A stretch of 64,000 nucleotides of DNA from Sporopachydermia quercuum (lineage: Eukaryota): assembly GCA_001599295.1 (NCBI GenBank), contig BCGN01000012.1:248001-312000 (forward strand). Direction: 5' to 3'. The notes beneath the pieces were generated by a model that made no database searches, had not been told where the DNA came from, and worked only from the letters and a program-made list of their open reading frames with translations. The position numbers and the translations under genes are program-made. Position 1 is the first letter of the stretch. The number at the start of each line of letters is the position of its first letter. Below are positions 46,910 to 56,461 of the stretch, in pieces.

Positions 46910-48172
46910 ATGTCCGAAAACAACGAATCAAGCACAAACCCAACCATCCCCGCGTCTATCATTTGCATTGGTATGGCAGGTTCAGGGAAAACCACCTTCA
47001 TGCAAAGACTCAACTCCCATATCAGATCCAAAAATGAAGTTCCTTACGTTATCAACCTTGATCCTGCAGTGCTGAAAATTCCTTTCACTGCAAACATTGA
47101 TATTCGTGATGCTGTGAATTATCGCAAGGTGATGGAACAATACAACTTGGGTCCAAACGGTGCTATCATGACAAGCTTGAATCTCTTTTCTACCAAGATT
47201 GATCAGGTAATCAACCTGGTAGAAGCTAGATCTCAAAAGAATCAAGTTAAGCATGTGATTGTTGATACCCCAGGTCAGATTGAATGTTTTATATGGTCTG
47301 CCTCTGGTGCCATTATCACCGACTCGTTTGCTTCAACATTTCCAACTATAATTGCATATATTGTAGACACACCAAGAACGAGCAATCCAGCCACATTTAT
47401 ATCTAACATGCTCTATGCTTGCTCAATACTATATAAAACTAAACTACCAATGATTATTGTTTTCAACAAGACAGATGTTAAGGATGCTTCTTTTGCAAAG
47501 GAGTGGATGACCGATTTCGAGGCATTCCAAACAGCCTTACAAGAGTATCAAGAAGCAGAAGAAGAAAAAGGAGGAATGGGTTCTGGATACATGGGAAGTC
47601 TTGTAAGTTCTTTGAGTTTGATGTTGGAAGAATTTTATCGTCATCTGGACGTTGTGAGTGTTTCTGCTTATACAGGAGCGGGCTTTGATGAATTTCTAGA
47701 AGCTGTTGATAATAAGGTAGATGAATATAATAAGGATTATAAGGCAGAACGAGAGGAAACTATCAGAAAGAAAAAGGAAGAAGAAAAGAAGAGAAAAGAA
47801 AAGGAATTAGTGAAACTGATGAAAGATTTAGGGGTAAAGGATTCGAGTAATGAAAAGAAGGATACCAGTAATGAATTGTCATCAGCAGTACATGCTGATA
47901 CTATTTCTGATACGGAATCCTTATCAGATGAAGAACAGGCTAACCCTGAGATAGATGGATTAATGGAACGTGACGAAGATGAAGGATTTTCCTATGAACG
48001 TGCTTATGATTATCCAGAAGAATATGACTTTGATGCCGAGTTCAATGATAAACTGGCCAATGCACAGGGAAGCTTACAAGATCGATATAGGAAGGCTTTA
48101 GAGGATTTGGGCACTAGCGAGGTGGATAAAAAGATTCTTGATAGTGTGAACAAGCAGATCGGAAGAATGTAA
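46910..48172 (+). CDS. NPA3: GPN-loop GTPase 1
   Basis: GMAGSGKTT, NLGPNGAIMTSLNLF, DTPGQIECFIWSASG, FNKTD. Confidence 0.96.
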   Translation: MSENNESSTNPTIPASIICIGMAGSGKTTFMQRLNSHIRSKNEVPYVINLDPAVLKIPFTANIDIRDAVNYRKVMEQYNLGPNGAIMTSLNLFSTKIDQVINLVEARSQKNQVKHVIVDTPGQIECFIWSASGAIITDSFASTFPTIIAYIVDTPRTSNPATFISNMLYACSILYKTKLPMIIVFNKTDVKDASFAKEWMTDFEAFQTALQEYQEAEEEKGGMGSGYMGSLVSSLSLMLEEFYRHLDVVSVSAYTGAGFDEFLEAVDNKVDEYNKDYKAEREETIRKKKEEEKKRKEKELVKLMKDLGVKDSSNEKKDTSNELSSAVHADTISDTESLSDEEQANPEIDGLMERDEDEGFSYERAYDYPEEYDFDAEFNDKLANAQGSLQDRYRKALEDLGTSEVDKKILDSVNKQIGRM

Positions 48173-48769
48173 AAAATGAATATATAGGAAAGTGATTATG
48201 GGTAAATTAGTGTAATAGTGTGAAAGTAGCTTTTTAAATATATAATAATGAGTATGATTATATTATTATGTGATGTAAAGAACTTGTCATTTATACATTG
48301 ATTATGGCATTTGTAATATATCTCTTTAGTATAGTATGCAGTGTTCGCAATCATTAGTCGTCTTCTTTAATTGATGTCACCTTTATCAAATAGTCCCCGA
48401 TTGAATCTACCTGGATGTCTGTTGTCGCATCTGGCCATAACCGTTCTATCCAAATGTTTCCTTCATGTTTTCTTCTTTGAGCCATTGAACATCATGGAAA
48501 TTGGAAATTAATAACAATTCTAATTTGTCACTACTAACTTGTATGCCATTTATACTGTACAATCTTGAACAATATTCTATTTTTTTTTTTGTAAATAATA
48601 AACCACTACTTGCTGAATTCGAACTCTTGTAAAAGAAAGACAGTTATATACTCCTGATTCATTCCCTACTGAAAACTCACATTGGTGGCAACATACAATG
48701 GTAGTATTAACATCAAAAAATTCCGGAGTTTGGCTCATATTTCATTGACCTATTCTTGCTGCCCTATTG

Positions 48770-50800
48770 CTATTCATTCACTTCCCTTTTTTCGGGGCCT
48801 AGCACATCCTCAATAATGAAAGGCTTGTCATCATCATCACCAAATACCAAATGAGGCTTTTTCTCAGCCAACTCAAGCAGCATGTTGCCAAATTCAGAAT
48901 TACACCAAGCGAACCATGGTCTAGTATAAAATGTTCCGAACACTGAGTCGACATGAATACTCTCGTGCATAAGGCCCAATCCAAACGTGGTGGATTTAAG
49001 AATATTCAATAAATAGATAATTTCTTCATCAGAATCCGATGTTCGTATCTGATATATAACCGCCAAAGGCCATGCATTAGATAAACCTATATGAGGCCCT
49101 CCTATACCTGAGAACGCTCTTCCTTTGAGGAAATAAGGATTTGCATCCTTGGATAGAATTGCATTACGGGTGTTTTGGTATAGAAGGTCTTTTCTGCTTA
49201 GAAATCCAGTTACAGGGAGAGATAGCAATGAGGGTAAGTTAGCATCGTCCATAGCAGTTCTACTTCCAAAACCATCAATTTCATAGGCAAAAATATCACC
49301 AAAAGACGGATGGTTATAAACTGCATGCTTGTAGATGCCCTCAGTTACTTCTGAAGCTATGGAAGAAGCTTTTGCTGAGAGATGTGATAGCAGTTCCTGC
49401 ACCGAGGAAAAACCAGTTGACGACTGAATTGACTCTAGAGATTCTTTAGCAATGAAAAAAGATTCTCTGGCAGTATTGTGGTTTCTATCTTCTTCATCCT
49501 CATCTTGTAATATATCTGCTATCATCGAAACTGTTCTATTTAATTCAACAGCCATAAAAGCATTTCCAGGAATAAAAAACTGGAAAATAGTAGCATCATC
49601 AGAAGGTCTAAATGCTGATCTAATCAACCCTGTACCACTATTCACTGGATTTCCAAACCCTGATAACGACAATGTCTCTGTTCCTATATTAGTTTGCCTC
49701 TGAAATTTATAGTCTGCACGATAAAGCATACCATTATTTTCATCAAAAGTAGGCCTTCTTTGTCTGTCAATAATTGAGAGTATGACATTGAAAGCTTTCA
49801 GCCATTTCTCATCAATAAAGCTGGTAGATCCTGTGTGTTTATAGTAGTCGTTGCAAAGCAATAGGAATGATGCTAAAGAATCCAACTCCCATTTGCATTC
49901 ATAAACTGTTTTCCAATTAGGCCTAGGATGCACATTGTCTATATGGCTTTCGGGTGGTATTTCAAAGTCCTTTCTTTTGGATTTGCTTGCTTTTGGAGCA
50001 TGGAAAGCGTTACAGTAAGGGTTACTTATTATGTATTGTGCTTGTGTGTTGATGGCTCCCTGCAACAAGAGTGAAAGTTGTGGGTCGAATGGGGCTAATC
50101 TCTGATATGCAGATAACTGTCGTGCAGCATCGCGTAACCATTCAGCATGAATATCCCCTGTGACGATAAATGACTGCGGATACCTCTTGTCAGAAAAGTC
50201 ATGCCACATTATAGTAGTGTCAATGGTATTTGGGAAGCAGTTTTCAAACAAACGAGCCAAATCAGGATCATGTGGTTTCAGTCTAGCTGTAAAAGCATCA
50301 ATAAGAGCTTCTACGCTTTCTGAATGAAATGTTCTGCATTGTTTGGACGGCCTCATATAGGAAAGCTTTAGTCTTGTCTCCGTGAGGGGTGCATGGCTTG
50401 ATTGGCTGTATTTCTCATAAGGAGGGCACGTAGAAGCTCTCGAAGTAGCAGAACTTTTGTCTGGCGATCCTTTGGCAAGCCAGTTGGCTTTGCTAGACCA
50501 AAAGCCTTGGTTTGGGTACTCTTGTAATGTTTTATGGCTGTTAGTAGAATCAATCTCCAAAGGAGATAAGCTGCCCATTGGTTTAGCATTTTGGGCAGCA
50601 GTTTCAATCTCTTCAATCGATAATTCAATAGATCTGTCGTCTGAGTCGTCTGAGCTGGTGGAAAACTTCGGCTTTGTTAATAACGAAATTGTATGAGCTA
50701 TAAGGTATAGAAGGAAGCCTGCAATGAGGATTCGCAGGATGGGGTACCTCCGTAGGTACATTTTAATTCTCACGGTGTGGTTTGATCTAGGAGTGAACAT
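48770..50800 (-). CDS. Glycoside hydrolase family 125 (alpha-1,6-mannosidase / Mug157-like) with N-terminal signal anchor
   Basis: LFENCFPNTIDTT, TGDIHAEWLRD, YECKWELDSL, SAFRPSDDA, AYEIDGFG..MDDANLPSLL, GLMHES, TRPWFAWCNS. Confidence 0.9.
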   Translation of the reverse strand: MFTPRSNHTVRIKMYLRRYPILRILIAGFLLYLIAHTISLLTKPKFSTSSDDSDDRSIELSIEEIETAAQNAKPMGSLSPLEIDSTNSHKTLQEYPNQGFWSSKANWLAKGSPDKSSATSRASTCPPYEKYSQSSHAPLTETRLKLSYMRPSKQCRTFHSESVEALIDAFTARLKPHDPDLARLFENCFPNTIDTTIMWHDFSDKRYPQSFIVTGDIHAEWLRDAARQLSAYQRLAPFDPQLSLLLQGAINTQAQYIISNPYCNAFHAPKASKSKRKDFEIPPESHIDNVHPRPNWKTVYECKWELDSLASFLLLCNDYYKHTGSTSFIDEKWLKAFNVILSIIDRQRRPTFDENNGMLYRADYKFQRQTNIGTETLSLSGFGNPVNSGTGLIRSAFRPSDDATIFQFFIPGNAFMAVELNRTVSMIADILQDEDEEDRNHNTARESFFIAKESLESIQSSTGFSSVQELLSHLSAKASSIASEVTEGIYKHAVYNHPSFGDIFAYEIDGFGSRTAMDDANLPSLLSLPVTGFLSRKDLLYQNTRNAILSKDANPYFLKGRAFSGIGGPHIGLSNAWPLAVIYQIRTSDSDEEIIYLLNILKSTTFGLGLMHESIHVDSVFGTFYTRPWFAWCNSEFGNMLLELAEKKPHLVFGDDDDKPFIIEDVLGPEKREVNE

Positions 50801-52176
50801 GATTGTGATTTGTGAGGTGTCCTAAGCTATGTTTTGTAACTCTATCTTATCAAACGCAAATTACTGGAAATGATCCTCATCATTGTACCCAAACACCAGC
50901 TAATTGAACGCAATCCAAGTCCAATTGTACAATCAATGCCAATCATCAATAGCCGATCACCGCAATAAACAACAATTGAAGAACTACTCTGTAATAGATG
51001 AGCTATAAAATGGTATTAATACTTTCTATAGGATATCCAAAAATCTTATGAATATATTGTAGACAAAGCATCAATTGCAGATTTGGTACTATCTCTTTTC
51101 ATTACCATGTTCAAAAAAGTTTGAATGGAAAACTCCGACGGCATACGTGTTATGGGACACGGACATTATCATAATCTCTATCAATTTTGTTGCCAATGGA
51201 ATAAGAATTTGAAAAGATATGAATGAGATCTGTCGAGTCTGTCTTTAAAGGTTTGATAGAGGCTTGTTGATAGTTGATGTTTGAAACTGCTCACATCAGC
51301 AGCGTTGAATAGAGTACTATCTTGCATTTTTACTGTGTGCGGTAAGGCTGAGTTTTTGAGAACATACAATTCAACGTTCAATACTTATAATATTAGTTTC
51401 GAAATAGTTTCTTACTAATCATGGACCAGATTACCAGAAGCAATTTGTGCTATATTTTCTTTTTGCTAAATCTATTGAACTCCTATTAACTTGTCTCACA
51501 TACTGATAGAGGGCAGATATCAAACGTAAAGTTAATAAGATTTCCTGTCCAGAGTAAAGTTTCAGCAATTGTCCCCTTAAAACCAATATCAGTTCTTCTT
51601 GACTGTGATACTTACTAGCACATTTCCATTCAGTATACTGTATAGTACCCGAACATATTTGCACAACAGAAGAGTTTATATTACTAGAAATGCGTTTGCC
51701 AGAGGTACAGCTTGATTGTTTCGAGGTGTATTCAACATCATCTTACAACTTTCACCTTTCTTTAGTAATTACTCAATTGGGTGGCTGAATAGGGTATCTG
51801 AATTATAAAGTTTTGAAACTCAATTGTAGCTAGTAGCTTATGAATGATAATCCAGTTTTTATTTAAGCAATCAGTCTTCGGTTTATATATAATGTAAATA
51901 CTACACTGTGAATATATATATCAACTGTAGATAGCTGATTATTTTCAATTCAGTATAATATCTCTAATGATTTTATATTTATACATGCGACGCTTTTCCT
52001 CTAAAGTTTGAATAGCTTTAGTTCTTCTCTGAGAGTATTATGATATTCATTATATATATCTCTGTTCAATTTCTAATATAATAACAAACCCACCCCAGAA
52101 GAATCCTAAGTTCCCAAAATTCTGGTACTTATTCGCATATTCACAATAGTTAATGCTTTGTTTCGATTCTAAACTC

Positions 52177-54519
52177 TTATGATAGTAAGAACTTAGTCGT
52201 AGCTTCAACGAACTCATGAGGTGCTTCAGAAATAACTAAAGTTTTTGAACAGCTGTTAATACCAAAAAATATCTTCTAACAGTTATACATCTTATCTCAA
52301 ATATTCACGTAACCCGTTCCAACTTCAGCAGCAAACTGACGTCAGTACACTTACCCCAATGACCAGTATCAAATACTCTGAAATCAGCTTCAGGGAAATA
52401 ATGATTTATATCCTTATATGATGACTCAGCAACACTAGAAAGAAATTAGAATGCGTGATTTTTGACTAGAGCTATCAGCAGCTCAAGAGCTAAATAGATA
52501 CATTAAAAAAAAAGCATACAAATCTGAGTACTTTGCTTTGATTATCAAAGCTTTCTTATGAAAAACACATTCCTTTGAGAAGGGAAATTCTTCAATTTCC
52601 GATAACGAAGATTCAAGAGTATCAATGGGAATAGCAAATTTTAAATAATTGTGTAATTCACTTGGATTCTTTGGCGGGATCAAATTTGACATTAGAAACA
52701 GCCGAACTTCTTTGCTCTGGTTGGTTGATGTTAGTAGAGTGGATCAAAGAATTTTAGTTTAGAAGAAAAGAAGCAAGAAAAAGAGAACTAAAAGATATAA
52801 GAATATACACTGAATAATCCATTGATTCATCAAATATCAAATGTCAAGTGTATAAAACCATGAACAGCAATTACTCAGATTCTTGTTTTAGTACGATTAG
52901 AGTTATTTCATCAGCCCTTCAAATCTCAATCTAGAATTTGGTTATTTCTCATGCTTCTATATTTTTCTAAAAACTAAATTAATTCTATCAATGGAGAATA
53001 ACCTCTGAAGAATTAAGAATTATAATTCAGTTTAGTTTCAAGCATTGAATCTCCCGAAAGTAGTTCATTATTCGTGTCAATGATACTTTGAATTTAAATA
53101 TGTTATCAATTGTAATCTTATCTTTTCAATTTTAGCATGATAAAAATTAAAATTTTTAAATTTTTTTTTCCTTGTATTATCTGTTTAATAGTATTAAGTC
53201 TTTGTCCTTCTACATTCCTCAGTTCTCTTTCTATTCGCTCTTTCCTCGTTTCTTTCTGTTTGAAGATACATACTTTTTCATACTGTTCCAATTCATGAAA
53301 AACCTTTTTGAACCAGTTTTTATCACTCCATTTCAGTTTCAAATCTTCAATTCTTCTCATAGCTTGGAAATATCTTTTGAATTCTGGTCCTAATTTATTC
53401 TTAGTTGGCGAGTTATCAACAGCTATGATTTTATCTACCCTATTGCTATGTTTTAACGCGAGTCCCATAGCAACTTTTGCTCCCATTGAATGACCTACCA
53501 GTATTATATTATTTTTATTGAAAGGCGTAGCATTGGTAACAGGATAGAGGATGCTATCAATGAAATGGTGAACATCAGCAACCATTGTCAGGTAGTTGTG
53601 AGGAACGGCGTGAGGCGAAGACCCATGATTTCTTAGGTCAATTGCAAATACATGAGTTCCAAGTGTTGATGAATAACGTCTAAAAATGTTAGAAATTTGG
53701 ACTAACGGGATAGGAAAGAGGATAATAGAAGATAGTCAACAGTAAACTTGACAAACAGATGAGAATGAAGATGGAAAAAGATATAGAATTGGGAGTTGGT
53801 GTTCATTGAATAGTTGTTGAATGAATTGATTGTAATTGGCTATGTAATTCAATGCAATACATTTTTTTTGTTTAAAGATAGCCTCTGGACTTCCATATAG
53901 TCAATTTAATAAAATAACTCATAATAATGAGATAACGTATAGTCACCATATAATGTCAATAGACAATATCCTCCATCATGACCCACTAGTAGAGACAGCA
54001 AATCATCCGATATACCGAGTTTCTATTTTGCTCCTATATTACAGACGTCCATACCATATCATATATCATATAACATATATGCTCTCTTGTCTTTTCTCTC
54101 TTCCCTTGCAACATCCTTTGGTATACATACTTCGCTAATGATCTATAATTTTTTTTGGAACCAAGAAATCCATGAATTAAAATCATTGGCTGATTGATTA
54201 ATTTGAATCTTTTTTCATTGTCTTTAAACTTTTTTGTCAGTTCTTTTACTTTGCTTGCTGATGGTTTATATTCATCATACTTGAGATCAACTACTCCTAT
54301 TGGATCATTGGAATGGGGAAAGGGATGAGGTTGAGGTTGAGGTTGAGGATTTGGATGGGAAGATGTTTTTGACGACCTTAAATAATTACTAGAGAATATT
54401 GAACGGTGAATTGAATAATCTTGGTGTAACAGTGTTTTAGTTAATGATAGTTTGAGTAGTTGACGGCATGGTAGTTTAATGGATATTAATGCTGATGATT
54501 TAGTAAGGAGGGCAGCCAT
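52177..54519 (-). CDS. EAT1: Mitochondrial alpha/beta-hydrolase (ABHD11/Eat1/Imo32 family), 376 aa; exons 54519-54131, 53679-53274, 52716-52520, 52434-52355, 52235-52177
   Basis: LIHGFLGSKKNY, IDLRNHGSSPH, nucleophile GHSMG, DTGHWVISEAPHEF after splicing (1131 nt, in frame). Divergent from a YGR016W-like gene, as EAT1/YGR015C is in S. cerevisiae. Family is confident; paralog identity less so. Confidence 0.8.
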
Positions 54520-55488
54520 TGATTTTGATAAGCATAAGGGACTGAAGGGCTGATAATTGGTTATTGTATATCAAAGGGATGAGCAAAGAAAATATAGTAT
54601 TGTACCAAGATAGAGAGCCGTCAACAATAAAGATATAATTGAGAAGTATTTGTTTGTTAAGTGGTTATATGGTTACAATAAAATAATGATGTAGAAGATG
54701 TGGTGGTGAGAAAAGAAGAGTACTAACAAATGGTTTAGTTGAAGCATCAAGAGGAAAACATTAAGGTTAGTAAGGAGTATGCAAGTTTATGCATATATTC
54801 AATTTAGGTTTAACATTAGTATGTCCACAAAGAATGATATATTTAAACCTAAGCTTTAATCACCAACCAAAAGGTGGATAAAATCAAATAAAAAAAAAAA
54901 AAAATACAATCAAAATTGTTACCATGTTTAGAAAAGTTACCTTATTTGAAACTAAAGTTTCGTACTGAAAGTGCTTTGTTTTCACTTCAAGAATTACGTT
55001 GTTTAGAATTCCATACAATTGAATTGAAACGCGCTATATTATAGCTAAAAAAGCAGTTAAACCTTAAGTTGTAGGCAGTAAACTTCAAACTCTAATCAAC
55101 TTTCTCTTTCCCTACAGTATCATACATACTCATACATCAATTCACTTCACTTGCCATCCATTGCAATTGTTCCTTATACTATTTTGTAGAATAAATCATA
55201 TCATGCGGTTGACTATCTTCAAAACGGAGCAGAAGATCATATAACACTCAAAAATAAGTCACTTTCTGTATTATATCAACAGCAGTTTTCTTAACAATGA
55301 AAAGAATATATTTGGAATAGTTTATTTCAACGGAATAGACATCCTTTGCACCTACAGATCGACATCAACTGGTCTTAGTACAGTACGCTGTAAAATTCAT
55401 CTTATCAACTATTGATTGACCATCTTCTCTTTATCTTTCGAACAAGCTACCCCTTCGTTCGTACGTTCACACCAACTGTCTACTTATA

Positions 55489-56124
55489 ATGTCACGATTA
55501 CGAAGAGCTGAAAGGAGGATCATTGAAAGCAGTGACATTCTTGACGAACAGGAACAAGAGGAGTTCATAGAACTACTACAATTAGAAAACGTTGAATCAA
55601 CACATTTCTTCAAAATCAGCTTTTTAGTGCTATTCCTAATACCAACTCCTATTTTGACGTACTTACCTTATTGTAGGAAGAATTCTTTCCTATCGTTTCT
55701 ATCGTTAGTATCAATACTGATAGCGGTATATGAAGTATATTATCTAGATGAAGGTGTTGAAAGATTGAATATTATTCCTGCTACCGGTGACGAAGTTGCT
55801 ATTGATAAGAAAGGAAAGAAGCAAGATACTACTAGTAAATATTCATCTAGTTATGGCAGTAGTAGTTATATGGATATTGTTGATAAACTGATGAACATCC
55901 AAAAGGAATACAAATATTGTATTGGTGTTTTGAATGTTGTGTTGGCCTTGGTGATAGCAGGATGTGGATATTTGAAACATTGGCCTTGGAAAGGATATGA
56001 TTATATATGGATATATCCTTTTTTTTCTAGTGCTAGTTCATTATTGATAAGGAAATGGTTTGTTGAGTCCAGTGAGTTGGTGAACGGTTTGCATGGGTTG
56101 AAGTATAAGTATAAAGGAGCATAG
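55489..56124 (+). CDS. Uncharacterised conserved multi-pass membrane protein, YGR016W-like
   Basis: MSRLRR start, LDEQEQEEFI, about four hydrophobic helices, LKYKYKGA end, matching recalled YGR016W. Confidence 0.8.
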   Translation: MSRLRRAERRIIESSDILDEQEQEEFIELLQLENVESTHFFKISFLVLFLIPTPILTYLPYCRKNSFLSFLSLVSILIAVYEVYYLDEGVERLNIIPATGDEVAIDKKGKKQDTTSKYSSSYGSSSYMDIVDKLMNIQKEYKYCIGVLNVVLALVIAGCGYLKHWPWKGYDYIWIYPFFSSASSLLIRKWFVESSELVNGLHGLKYKYKGA

Positions 56125-56461
56125 TGCAAGAAGAGAATTATAGTTTAGCTGTATGTGTGTGGCCAATAAGATGCGGCATGTTTCACGAAGTAATGGAACT
56201 CATATTATTTAATTTGTTTGCCATCATTACCAGTTCAACCAATCTGTTGTTGTTATTGTCGACGATTACGAACATGTAGTGGCAATCTCAATATTATTGG
56301 TGGACTATGAGCTATTCTGTCAACTGAAAGTAGTGCCTTCATATTCATTTATGTATCTCCTGATAATATACCAGTAAAAATGAATACTTCTGGTAGAGTT
56401 CGATATATCCACATATGCTTTACTCCACGGTTCAGACAGAACGTATATTTCAACTTAATCC

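Noticed and set aside
50862..50886. U3 box A-like GGATCATTTC preceded by ATGATGA on the minus strand
   Set aside because: Lies just upstream of the GH125 start, with no other U3 boxes and no box D
51342..51429. Plus-strand intron-like signals GTAAGG..TACTAAT..CAG
   Set aside because: Flanks give no start-containing reading frame and no snoRNA boxes
846..55066. Repeated TAAGGTT/AACCTTA in intergenic DNA (about 11 copies noticed)
   Set aside because: AT-rich 7-mer; my rough estimate is only a modest excess over chance, and it also occurs in CDS
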